Shown piece after piece: positions 45,842-55,129 of a stretch of 64,000 bases of DNA (within the stretch, counting starts at the first letter, position 1; the number at the start of each line of letters is the position of its first letter). A program made the position numbers and the translations under genes. The stretch is from a virus. The DNA lies in the IMG/VR virus record IMGVR_UViG_3300009193_000002, one strand, 5' to 3'. The notes below the pieces were generated by a model. The model was given only the letters and a program-made list of their open reading frames with translations, searched no databases and was not told the DNA's origin.

Positions 45842-46237
45842 TTATCGAAGGATAACTGAAACTATTTTGTTTGTGGTGTCAACGGCTGTTACCAACGCGT
45901 TTTGACCTGCTGGGGCGACTGCCGCTTTAACAGCACCTTCTGTCGCTGAACCTACTACACCGCCGCCAACAACTGGAGCTGTGCCCGTGTAAGTCCATTC
46001 CGCGCAGATATTCCACGAAACTGCACCTGTTTTAGTGCCATCCGCTTTACGCTCTTCATACGACTCTAGGTAACCTACAATCGCATCGCCATCACCCGCC
46101 AAGCCGACAAGAAAGTTACCTTTCATAGCAACTGGGAGACCGACTTTATCGTACCCATCGATGCTCGCGTCTAACTCGAAAGTGGCGGCAGCGGATTCGG
46201 TACGAATACCTTTATGTGTTAGTTGTCCAAAATACAT
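45842..46237 (-). CDS. head decoration protein (DUF2190-like)
   Basis: 131 aa, G/A/V-rich beta protein between the protease and capsid genes (lambda D position). Confidence 0.5.
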   Translation of the reverse strand: MYFGQLTHKGIRTESAAATFELDASIDGYDKVGLPVAMKGNFLVGLAGDGDAIVGYLESYEERKADGTKTGAVSWNICAEWTYTGTAPVVGGGVVGSATEGAVKAAVAPAGQNALVTAVDTTNKIVSVILR

Positions 46238-46253
46238 AGTATTGTACTCCTAC

Positions 46254-47429
46254 TTACTTCGTTAAAAATGCTGAATTGCGAAGAATAGTAGCCGACAACT
46301 CTGCCGTCTGTTCTTTGCCACCAGACGCTAAGATGTCAGAACCGTTTCTAGGGATTGCACCTAGTTTGATTTGAGCACTTTTCAGTACTTCAATCTGTTC
46401 TTGCATCGTTGCATCTTCTTTCAGTTCTAATCCGGCAGCAACCGCCGCAATCTTAACTTGTTCAGTTAAGTACGCTGTTACTGGTTCGAATTCCGCTTGC
46501 TTAGCTTTCGCTTCAGTAAGTTCAAGCTTAATAGCCGACTCATCTGTTGCTGCTAATTGTGTTTGTAGCTCCGTCACTTTGCCATTCAGCTCCGCTACCT
46601 TGGAATCAGAAGTCGCTAAGTTAGCCTCAACAATCTCTAATTTACTTTCCAATTTAGCTTTTTCTGCTGACAAAGAAATGGCTTTATCGCTCAATGCTGT
46701 TAAATCCATGATTACACCTTCATCTTTAGTTTTGGGGGTAGCAGAGCAAAGCAAATAAGACATTTGAACCGCTTCAGGAGACATACCCGACGCGGCCAAT
46801 TGTTCATAAGACTCTTTACTCAATCGTTGCTTGGCAGTGCCAAGTATTTTCGGTTTGTTGGAAGCCCCTTTTCCAACAAGCGAAAGTTCTTTCCACTTTT
46901 CAAGACCGGTTAAACGAAGGTGCACTCCGTTCTGGCCTAACGCATGACCATTGTCACACTCACGGTAGTAAAAACTGTATTCGTTCTCAGGAGCCATATA
47001 ATCAAAATCACACTCAGAACAATAAGCGTGCTTAGGTAAGGCACCCACTGAAACTTCATCGATAATGCCTAAGTCGATTTGACGAGCATGTTCGCTATCA
47101 CTCTCAACATAAAATAAGGCGTTTAAATCGTAATGCCCTGCTTCAGCATCAAGCACACCCGCTTTGAACGTTTTTCCGATAGGAAGTACGCTGCCGTTGT
47201 GCATAACATGAATAGGGACTGATTCGGTTTCGAGATACGTTTCCATATCTCTTAGAAAGGTCTCGGTCATTTGAGCGCCATCGTAGGCAGTCGCTGACTG
47301 AGAAATCGGACGGGTAGACGCGGCTACCGCTTCATAAGCAGAAATTAGATTAAAATCTATATCGTCATCCCCCGCTGCTTTTCTAATTGCAGCACGCAAT
47401 GATTCTGTGAGTGTAAGTTTCTTAGCCAT
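46254..47429 (-). CDS. prohead protease fused to a coiled-coil scaffold region
   Basis: IHVMHNGSVLPIGK and IDEVSVGALP resemble the His/Ser regions of S78-type prohead proteases. The C-terminal half is coiled-coil (LESKLEIVEANL...). Confidence 0.55.
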   Translation of the reverse strand: MAKKLTLTESLRAAIRKAAGDDDIDFNLISAYEAVAASTRPISQSATAYDGAQMTETFLRDMETYLETESVPIHVMHNGSVLPIGKTFKAGVLDAEAGHYDLNALFYVESDSEHARQIDLGIIDEVSVGALPKHAYCSECDFDYMAPENEYSFYYRECDNGHALGQNGVHLRLTGLEKWKELSLVGKGASNKPKILGTAKQRLSKESYEQLAASGMSPEAVQMSYLLCSATPKTKDEGVIMDLTALSDKAISLSAEKAKLESKLEIVEANLATSDSKVAELNGKVTELQTQLAATDESAIKLELTEAKAKQAEFEPVTAYLTEQVKIAAVAAGLELKEDATMQEQIEVLKSAQIKLGAIPRNGSDILASGGKEQTAELSATILRNSAFLTK

Positions 47430-47511
47430 CGTCATTTTCCAAATTTTTTAACTCTTAACGAGTTTCTTTATTACTATAACTTTATCTAACCAGTAATTTC
47501 TAGTATCTCAG

Positions 47512-48960
47512 TTAATTAGATTTAGCTTGCTTATCTGAGGCTCTGGAAACGGAACGTCCTTGAGGGTCAGAATTAGGTGAAACTTTCTCGGCGTCAACTT
47601 CCATCTTAGCATTTGCAAAACCGGTGCCTGAAAGCTCTGGAGAAGCATCTGGTCGAATTCTTCGGTACATTGCTAAGTGATAGTCGTCATCACTAATTAA
47701 ACCGTCACTGAGGTCTGTACGGAGCCGCTGGGATTTTAAATTTAATTGCGCTTCAAGTTCTAACTCAGAGCGTAAATCAATATTCGGGAAAGTTAAAATA
47801 ACGCGGCTCTCACTGCCTTGTAATCTCAGCGCCATTGTTAAAATTTTACTTAACACATCACCAATCGGCTCGTTCAAACTATCGGCGTTCTTTGAGAACA
47901 AGTTAGCTTCAACTGTCGCGGTGTTAACCCCACTCTCACCGCGTCCCAATACCGTGGCCATGGTTCTAAGCCCAGCTTGGTTTTGTGCGTTTAGGGTTTC
48001 AATAATCTTCGAGACATCGAGGCCTGAGGCCGGATTCTTTTCATTGAGCATCGATACTTCTAACGAGTCAGTATGCACAATCGGTTGGTCTGGTCTTATC
48101 GCAGCAAACTGGGCACCAATCGCGTTACGCTGGTTGGTGATATAAGCACGAAGCTTCACAGGGTCACTCTTAATTTCAATCGGCGCATTTTCAACTAACA
48201 CACTCTCGAGAACTTTAAGAGTGATTCTCGGGAAACCGGTTATTTGCAATATGCGGTATAGATCATTAATTACCTGCTGTCTTGCTGCCATCGTATTAAT
48301 TGCAGAGACAAACGGAGACGAAGCGTAAGGCGTTCTGGACGGCTTTCTAAACCAGCCAATGAATAAGGTAGGGACATCAATCTTAACAGGGTCGCCGTCG
48401 CCTTGGTCTTGATAAGGCACCAACGTACCGGCTTCTTTTTCTTGCCATCTCAAACTCGATAGCTCAACCATCCTCACCGCGCTTAATTCAAGGAAGTCAC
48501 CGAAGATAGCTTCAGCGGCACAACCGCCTTGTGCCAAAATCATGTAGCGCATTTCTTCGCAAAGTTCACGCAGCGTTTTCTTATGCACGAACCCTTTTGA
48601 GTAATCGCGTCGCGTTTCGAGCAATTCCACAATTTGATTTAAGATTTTATAGCCGTCTCTATCGATGGCGCCATCAGGGTCGGTAATCTTGATTAAGGGT
48701 TTCGAACTTCCAGCGGTGGTCAAGAAAGCGTTCAACGCAGCGGAAGCATCAGGGTCAGATTCAAGCAGCTGCTGAATTATCTCCTGAGAGTTCTTGGCAG
48801 CGCGTTCTGTTTGTAAATCTTGAAGGTGCTCACGATAGTCTGGGGTACCTAGAACCTCAGTTCGGTTCTCAGCGTCATAACTGCCTGTTTGCGTAACGCC
48901 CTTGGGTTTGGTGCGTGTTGGCAATAACAGTTTAAATTTTGAAATGATATTCTCAGCCAT
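47512..48960 (-). CDS. portal protein
   Basis: 482 aa ORF between the large terminase and protease genes. Start at GGAAACTGACGATG. Confidence 0.7.
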   Translation of the reverse strand: MAENIISKFKLLLPTRTKPKGVTQTGSYDAENRTEVLGTPDYREHLQDLQTERAAKNSQEIIQQLLESDPDASAALNAFLTTAGSSKPLIKITDPDGAIDRDGYKILNQIVELLETRRDYSKGFVHKKTLRELCEEMRYMILAQGGCAAEAIFGDFLELSAVRMVELSSLRWQEKEAGTLVPYQDQGDGDPVKIDVPTLFIGWFRKPSRTPYASSPFVSAINTMAARQQVINDLYRILQITGFPRITLKVLESVLVENAPIEIKSDPVKLRAYITNQRNAIGAQFAAIRPDQPIVHTDSLEVSMLNEKNPASGLDVSKIIETLNAQNQAGLRTMATVLGRGESGVNTATVEANLFSKNADSLNEPIGDVLSKILTMALRLQGSESRVILTFPNIDLRSELELEAQLNLKSQRLRTDLSDGLISDDDYHLAMYRRIRPDASPELSGTGFANAKMEVDAEKVSPNSDPQGRSVSRASDKQAKSN

Positions 48961-48974
48961 CGTCAGTTTCCAAG

Positions 48975-50771
48975 TTATTTGCGGTTGCTACGAATTATTT
49001 TATCGTTGCTAGGTGTCTGAGCATACCCGATTAAGGTGGACGTGCCAAAGAAATCCTGTTGCGCGGGTTGGCCCAAAACCACGGAACCCGCGCTCGGTGT
49101 GCTGAAACCGAGTGTCATATTTTTATGACCACCTAACTCAATTAAGAGCTGACGGTATTCATAAGCGGCCCACATATACCCTAGCGAGTGAAAAAAGTGG
49201 TCGTTGCCGTTGAGTTTTATCCAAATAGGCTCTTGCTCTTCTTTTTCCTCACGCACCATATCTTGAAGGTGAATCTTAATGGTTTCTTTGTACTGCGTGA
49301 AACCCCTGAATCGCATCGTCGCATTACGAACCCCATTGGCCACCTTATCCAGCATCGAAGTTCTGTTCACCGTCAAATAGTCAACCTCGCCGCCAGCGTC
49401 TTTCACTTCAGCAACCACTTTTCGGCCCCCGTAGTGAACAGGCATCAACTTTCCGTTACTGGCGGTTCGAATATCATTAACTGTCGGCGTGTAGGGATAT
49501 CTATCCAAGCCCCCGTTTTGAAATTTGTATTTCTCTTCGAGGACTTTAACTATATTGGGTAAGGCGTCAGCTGTGCAGATTTGAAAGAGCACGACGTCCG
49601 CATCCTTCGGCCCTCTGATATCACCCACCGTGATATAACAAGTGGCACCGATATCCACGCCCAGAAAATACTGGCCCTCAGGAACGGGCTCGGGAATAGA
49701 ATCTTGCAGTAGGACTAACTCGATTTGCTGTTCGGTCATCTTCTGATCAGCATTGGTGTAAGCATCCCCCAGCACCGTATTTTTAAAGCCCTTGATATTG
49801 TCCTTCTCCAAATATTTAAACATCTGGGTGAAGCAATAAACAGGGTCTAATCGGTGGCTCGAAAAAGTCCGCACGCGATAACCTCGATTCAACGTGCGGC
49901 TGGGAAACTTGGCAACCCATTCTCGACTGGAGTAGTCAGATAAGTCTAAAGGCTTTCGACATTTTTCACAAAAAACATAGGCCGTTTCAATTCTCACTTT
50001 GCCAGCATCCACCAACGATTCTTGCAAATTGATAAAATCATCAATATCCGGCATCCCATCGACGTGAACAAAGTCCGGTGTGAACAACGGTATTTGATGG
50101 TGATTGCATCCACCGCACTTAATCATGTATTCATGCTGGTCTGAGCGTGCAAAACCCCTATCTACCCCAAACCCTTCAAAGGTCGGTGTGCTGAAACGTT
50201 GGCTGACTCGGTGGTCGGAACCCTGAAGACGTGAGTTAAATAGCGCCAGCATCGAGGAGTCGGTCAAATCAATCTCATCGTTAAACACATAGTCGGCGTT
50301 GATTGACGTGGCATCTGCTTCTGAAGAACCGGTAACGTACATGAACGAAGAGCCAACACGCATTAAGTCCATTGACTGTTTTGTATTATCGCCTTTGTCT
50401 AACTTAAATGCTTTGTCGTAGTTCATCAAAGGCTGAATACGCGCCTTAGAAATACGTTTGAACATTCGCTCGTTAGGCATTGTGTAAATCAGTGACGTGT
50501 TCGGGGTTCTGGTTAAGATTGTCAGGGCTTTTCGGATTTGAATCTCCGTGAGACCCACTTGCGACGGTTTTATGCAGTCCAAATTAGGGTGCATGTCGTT
50601 GGCAATCTGCTCCTGAAAAGGATAGCGAGTGAAACTAAAGGGTTTCTTATTGAGTGACGTGTTTTTACACATCCATTGACCATGGGTCATATCGGCTGTG
50701 TCACGGTTATATCGGCGCGAAGCTGTGTCGCAAAAATCAGCGGTATAAGTATTTTGCACGTTTACTCTCAT
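48975..50771 (-). CDS. terminase large subunit (lambda gpA-type)
   Basis: IKPSQVGLTE (gpA-type Walker A variant), ADYVFNDEIDL (Walker B) and a C-terminal nuclease region. First gene of the head operon. Confidence 0.85.
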   Translation of the reverse strand: MRVNVQNTYTADFCDTASRRYNRDTADMTHGQWMCKNTSLNKKPFSFTRYPFQEQIANDMHPNLDCIKPSQVGLTEIQIRKALTILTRTPNTSLIYTMPNERMFKRISKARIQPLMNYDKAFKLDKGDNTKQSMDLMRVGSSFMYVTGSSEADATSINADYVFNDEIDLTDSSMLALFNSRLQGSDHRVSQRFSTPTFEGFGVDRGFARSDQHEYMIKCGGCNHHQIPLFTPDFVHVDGMPDIDDFINLQESLVDAGKVRIETAYVFCEKCRKPLDLSDYSSREWVAKFPSRTLNRGYRVRTFSSHRLDPVYCFTQMFKYLEKDNIKGFKNTVLGDAYTNADQKMTEQQIELVLLQDSIPEPVPEGQYFLGVDIGATCYITVGDIRGPKDADVVLFQICTADALPNIVKVLEEKYKFQNGGLDRYPYTPTVNDIRTASNGKLMPVHYGGRKVVAEVKDAGGEVDYLTVNRTSMLDKVANGVRNATMRFRGFTQYKETIKIHLQDMVREEKEEQEPIWIKLNGNDHFFHSLGYMWAAYEYRQLLIELGGHKNMTLGFSTPSAGSVVLGQPAQQDFFGTSTLIGYAQTPSNDKIIRSNRK

Positions 50772-50775
50772 TCAT
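50737..50775 (-). promoter_or_regulatory. 12-codon upstream ORF starting at the block ATG, 4 nt before and out of frame with the terminase ATG
   Basis: The minus strand reads TTAGGCAAGACGATGAATGAGAGTAAA. ATG 50775 has the canonical block spacing, but only ATG 50771 opens the TerL frame. Confidence 0.4.
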
Positions 50776-50846
50776 CGTCTTGCCTAATTGTAGTCAAAAG
50801 GTATCATGGATAGCCTATACCCTATTAAACCACATTGGAATTGACG

Positions 50847-51323
50847 ATGCACTATCCCACAATCACCCCTGAAATTTTTACGACGCTTTCTACCCTAGCC
50901 GCCATGACTAAAAGTCACCGCACTTACTTGACCTCAGACGACTGCCCTTATGATGCAAAGACGCTCATGCTGCTGGAGAAAATATTCGCGCCTGAGGAAA
51001 AAGAGGGTATTAGCCCCGAAGAAGTTTTTCTATACGATTTAGAATCCATCGATTTATCTCAGGAGACGTTAACCCTATACAACGAGATGCGAAGCTTTAA
51101 GAAAACGCTAAGTGCCGAAGACACCACCGAAAAGATGGGTACTTTTCGAGTCATGGTTACTCTCATGGAAAAGATTCTGGTTATCCAAGAACGTTCCAGC
51201 GGGGTGGTCAACTTCAAAGCCTTCAAAGAGCTTATGCTGGACTCGATGGACAGATATCTAAGCCCGACACAAAAGACCGAGTTCATCGATTCAGTGCAAG
51301 AAACATTACAGACGGAGGGCTAA
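50847..51323 (+). CDS. hypothetical protein divergent from the terminase gene
   Basis: Start at GGAATTGACGATG. No motif recognised. Confidence 0.5.
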   Translation: MHYPTITPEIFTTLSTLAAMTKSHRTYLTSDDCPYDAKTLMLLEKIFAPEEKEGISPEEVFLYDLESIDLSQETLTLYNEMRSFKKTLSAEDTTEKMGTFRVMVTLMEKILVIQERSSGVVNFKAFKELMLDSMDRYLSPTQKTEFIDSVQETLQTEG

Positions 51324-51326
51324 GCC

Positions 51327-53621
51327 GTGTACTTACATTTAGTCGACATGAGCCCTATTCCGCTGATACCTATTTACAAAACATCACGGTTGCCAGCCAT
51401 CAAAAGAGACAGCTTTTCAAAGGCCCACATGCCATCCGTAATCGAGGTCTGGAAAAACCAGCACGGGGATAAAGACGCGGCAGTGTTGCTAAAACCGCCG
51501 TTGGCCCTGTTAGAGTTCTTATCTCCTCAAACCGTGGAGATACCAAACGCTGTGGCTGTCGACTGGGGTCAAAATCCCCTCCTCTTAGTGAACACAGACC
51601 ATCCGTCAGCGAAATTTAATGATCATGACGTTATCTTGCATACGAATACCTATTTTCCAATCACCTCAGCGTCGTATATCCCAAACCCGCAAGGTATTCT
51701 CCCGACCGACTTAACCGCGTTAGGTCATGCGTCCGAACTGCAGGAAAAAGAAACCTCAAAGGCCATGTTCAGCGCCCAGCTGCAATCATTGACTGTCGAA
51801 TTCGCCCTCGACTTAACCCTAAATCACACTAATCAACCGACATTGCTGCAGGTCATTAACGAATTAGAAGTCATTCTGGAGGAGAAAAACGCCCCATCCT
51901 TGCTGGATTCAACCCTAAGAATGCTCTACCAGACGATTCAGTATTTCTGCGTCAAATACAAGCTGCAGCTACATCCAACCTTCGATAAGGGCATAAACAC
52001 CGGTTTTAGAGATAAATACCATATATCCGTTAATTTCAGCCTAAAACAGCGTAATTACGATGATTTACGAGCGTTTATCTATGAAAAACTATCAGAAGGG
52101 CTAGAAAGTGAAGGTAAAATGGTCGAAAACTGTCAGCTAATAATAGAGCAAATGGCCCTATCTACTGCCATAAACAAGGTCGCATTAGACCAATTAAAGC
52201 GTTTTGTGAGTAAACAGTCAGGCCTGTCCCTGAACATGAGCAAGATGGAAAGCCAGCGACTGCAATTACAGCGCGAAGCCCTCGGCACCGATACCGTGGC
52301 CAACATCAGCACTCGAGCGTTAGAAATTCTGCAGCTGCAGGGAAATTATAAGTTTGATTCAGACCATGCTTACCAACCGGCCCTATATTATTACAACGGC
52401 GTGTGCTGGGAAGTCTTCGCCGACTATAAACTCATCCGACTGCTGCAGTTATACTTCCCGTGCGAGTTCACCCTAAGAAACGCGACGGCGCTGAATACTA
52501 TTATCAGCACCATTAAAGACGCCTTAACCTCGCCAATTAAAATACTCAATCAGAAGGGCATGAACTTCGCCAACGGCATTCTGGATATCAACCAGCAGCT
52601 AAAAGCGCATAACCCCGACTTAGGCATGGACTATTATTTTCCGTTCGAGTACCAAAATTTCCCACCTCCCCCAGAACAATTCCTCGCCTTCCTCAACGAG
52701 TGCTTTGGCCAGCACCCAGAAGAAGAACGCATCGTAATAATCCAAACCCTGAGGCAAGCGTTCGCAGCCACCCTATTCAATCAGGCCCACAACTTACAAC
52801 AGGCCTTCTTGCTTTACGGGAGTTCGAACTCAGGCAAAACCCAGCTACTCAGAATATTGAGTCACCTCATCCCAAAACAAAAGCAAGTCTCCTTGCCCCC
52901 GAACAAGTGGAGTGACACCGACAGCCTGTTCAGTTTGAATTCGGTTTTGCTCAACGTCTGCGGGGAATTGTCAGAAAGCGCCTCAGTCAACTCACAAAGA
53001 TTCAAAGAGATTGTGGATGGTTCCACAATTACGGTGGCCAAGAAAACCACCTCCCGAGATATCAAGCCTCAGTGCGCTCATTGGTTCGCCAGTAACCATC
53101 TCCCGCTTACCAAAGATTTCTCTGAAGGATTTACCCGACGCTGGTTGATTTTCCATTTCAACAACCCGACGACAAAACCCGTGCTCGAGCTAGGCCGAAA
53201 AATTGCCGAGCAAGAGGGAGAAAAAATAATCAACTGGGCGGCGTCGGCTTTGCCAGAGTCTGAATATAAAATCCCGAACTCACATTTAGAGATACAGCGC
53301 GAAATGGCCATGGTGAATAATAACGTGATTTATTACTTTTACCGGTCAGGCGCAGTCACGGTCAACAATCTCAATGCGCTTAAATCATTGCCAAAAGAAG
53401 AGCTGAGCGCGGAGATTAATAAGCTTCGCTGCACCGACAGTTTAAAGCTGTATCAGCATTATGCTTATATTTGCAGTAAACACGGGAAGCGCGAAGTTCC
53501 TGAGGTGGAGTTTCACAAACGCACCCGTGAGCTGGCTTCACAGCTAGGGTTTCTTGTGGTTAGCGGGGCGGATTACAACGGGAACTATCAGCTGCGGTAT
53601 TACGGAATAAAGTGCGGTTAG
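51327..53621 (+). CDS. D5/P4-family SF3 helicase (primase C-terminal-domain type) with unknown ~400-aa N-terminal region
   Basis: QAFLLYGSSNSGKTQLL (Walker A), LLNVCGELSE (Walker B), WFASNHLP (motif C) and FTRRWLIFHF. GTG start with GGAGGG 7 nt upstream. Confidence 0.8.
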   Translation: MYLHLVDMSPIPLIPIYKTSRLPAIKRDSFSKAHMPSVIEVWKNQHGDKDAAVLLKPPLALLEFLSPQTVEIPNAVAVDWGQNPLLLVNTDHPSAKFNDHDVILHTNTYFPITSASYIPNPQGILPTDLTALGHASELQEKETSKAMFSAQLQSLTVEFALDLTLNHTNQPTLLQVINELEVILEEKNAPSLLDSTLRMLYQTIQYFCVKYKLQLHPTFDKGINTGFRDKYHISVNFSLKQRNYDDLRAFIYEKLSEGLESEGKMVENCQLIIEQMALSTAINKVALDQLKRFVSKQSGLSLNMSKMESQRLQLQREALGTDTVANISTRALEILQLQGNYKFDSDHAYQPALYYYNGVCWEVFADYKLIRLLQLYFPCEFTLRNATALNTIISTIKDALTSPIKILNQKGMNFANGILDINQQLKAHNPDLGMDYYFPFEYQNFPPPPEQFLAFLNECFGQHPEEERIVIIQTLRQAFAATLFNQAHNLQQAFLLYGSSNSGKTQLLRILSHLIPKQKQVSLPPNKWSDTDSLFSLNSVLLNVCGELSESASVNSQRFKEIVDGSTITVAKKTTSRDIKPQCAHWFASNHLPLTKDFSEGFTRRWLIFHFNNPTTKPVLELGRKIAEQEGEKIINWAASALPESEYKIPNSHLEIQREMAMVNNNVIYYFYRSGAVTVNNLNALKSLPKEELSAEINKLRCTDSLKLYQHYAYICSKHGKREVPEVEFHKRTRELASQLGFLVVSGADYNGNYQLRYYGIKCG

Positions 53622-53634
53622 TCGTGAGCAGATA

Positions 53635-53664
53635 CAAAAAAACCACCCTAAGGTGGTTTTTTTT
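53635..53664 (+). terminator. strong intrinsic terminator (A-tract, ACCACC-ctaa-GGTGGT, T8), potentially bidirectional
   Basis: Read directly: AAAAAAACCACCCTAAGGTGGTTTTTTTT. Confidence 0.85.
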
Positions 53665-53759
53665 AGCCTACTAAAACTCTAGGGAATTCTAGGGGCTAAG
53701 CGAGACAGCTTCGGGAATAAAGTTAAAGCCTACCGCGCATACTGCTTTGGTAAAATTTA

Positions 53760-53785
53760 CTATCTCAATATCATCGTCATTTTCC
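53760..53785 (-). promoter_or_regulatory. orphan GGAAAATGACGATG block on the minus strand followed by only a 4-codon ORF
   Basis: The minus strand reads GGAAAATGACGATG ATA TTG AGA TAG. No gene lies downstream before the convergent terminator. Confidence 0.55.
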
Positions 53786-54233
53786 AGCGTCATACCGTTT
53801 ACTAAAATCATACTGCGATTCCTTGTGCGGTACTACATTTAGCTGAGCAGATTAAGGCTCACTAAACGAACTTGCGATTTGCAAGAGGCTGGATATTACA
53901 TAATTATGACAAAAAATTAAATATAAAAATCGTTTAAGTTGTGTTTTACCTTCAATCTGGTCACGTAAATGTTTCTAAATATTTCTGTTGTTTATTTAAT
54001 CATCTAATCGTAAGAATAACGTTTAACTTTTTTCTGGCGGGGGTTTCTAGTCTGTTCTTTGAAGGTAGTGGATGTAGCCTATCGCCGAAATCTCAAAAAT
54101 TTTTCAGGGAGAGTGAGGTGGCCCCCCTCTCATATCACTAAAATACTAGACAGAAAAACTACCCCCCCTTTATAGTAGTTTCACGTTGCAACCCAGCAAC
54201 GCCGCAAACAGCGGACAACTTAAACCAAACAAG

Positions 54234-54247
54234 GGGGCATATGCCCC
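54234..54247 (+). terminator. hairpin GGGGCATATGCCCC (family variant)
   Basis: Palindrome directly upstream of the AAGGAATTGACGAAATG start block. Confidence 0.5.
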
Positions 54248-54264
54248 TACAAGGAATTGACGAA

Positions 54265-55104
54265 ATGACTACTACTACTAAGGCAGCACCAAAAACACGT
54301 AAAGCATCTACTACTAAAACAGCACCTAAAAAAGCACCAGTAAAGACCGCGCCTGAAGCCGTTGAACCAAAAGCAATTAAGGCATTGAACTTGCCTGAAC
54401 TATTAGGCGCATCAATTATGCAAGGTCTACAGTCTGAAGCGGGCAAGGTGGTTAGTGCTTTACTTATCGCTATGCAACACAAGGGCACGCCAACGGAAGC
54501 CAACGTTGCACAAACTGGTTTCGGTATCGACTTAACAGGCAAGGCTTTAAAAGAGCACGCACAATATAACCGAATGAAAGGTTTTAGACGTCACTATGTG
54601 GTTCCATTCGCGGCGGTTCTTAAACAGCTACCCGACCAATTGACCATGTTAATTGAGACGTTAGAAACTCCAACGCCGGAAGCCGTTATTGAACAGCTTA
54701 GCCTTTACTCATTCGGTGTAAACGGTATGCCTGAATCAAAGCAAGAATGGATCGAGTTTTGCGATGGTTTTGCCAAGACGGATGCGGACAAAGTGAAGCA
54801 AACCGCCCCAAGTAAGCAAGCGCCAAAGGTAACAGTAGGCAAGCCACAAAAGGACAAAAAACATTCTTCAGCTGGTGGACGTGAAAAAGGCCAACAAAAT
54901 ACAGGCAGTACAGCGGCCCAAGTTGAGGCCAACGAAAGTGCGGGTAAATCTGAAGTTGAAAAAGAGACGCTTCAGCAGAGCACCGATAAAACGCGTGCTT
55001 TAACCAATGATTTTGGCCGCCGTATGGGTGAACTTAAACTGGACAGCGCAACATTGCTCAAGGTTATGGCCGCCTTCAAAGACACAATAGCAGCCATCGC
55101 TTAA
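54265..55104 (+). CDS. protein with a K/A/T/P-rich histone-H1-like N-terminus (DNA-binding candidate)
   Basis: MTTTTKAAPKTRKASTTKTAPKKAPVKTAPE..., with a second basic/low-complexity stretch near residues 190-230. Flanked by non-coding repeat regions. Confidence 0.55.
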   Translation: MTTTTKAAPKTRKASTTKTAPKKAPVKTAPEAVEPKAIKALNLPELLGASIMQGLQSEAGKVVSALLIAMQHKGTPTEANVAQTGFGIDLTGKALKEHAQYNRMKGFRRHYVVPFAAVLKQLPDQLTMLIETLETPTPEAVIEQLSLYSFGVNGMPESKQEWIEFCDGFAKTDADKVKQTAPSKQAPKVTVGKPQKDKKHSSAGGREKGQQNTGSTAAQVEANESAGKSEVEKETLQQSTDKTRALTNDFGRRMGELKLDSATLLKVMAAFKDTIAAIA

Positions 55105-55113
55105 GCCATAAAC

Positions 55114-55129
55114 GGGGGCACGTGCCCCC
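55114..55129 (+). terminator. hairpin GGGGGCACGTGCCCCC (perfect palindrome)
   Basis: 10 nt after the stop at 55104. No RBS block follows. Confidence 0.55.

Noticed and set aside
53678-53695. CTAGGGAATTCTAGGGG considered as a palindromic operator.
   Set aside because: Only the central GAATTC is palindromic. The flanks are direct repeats, not inverted ones, and there are no further copies.
54159-54542. Minus-strand 127-aa ORF and the + strand GTG ORF 53941-54141.
   Set aside because: The first is antisense to the better-supported gene 54265-55104 and gives an Ala/Val/Cys-rich translation typical of antisense frames. The second is a GTG-initiated ORF in AT-rich DNA with no RBS.
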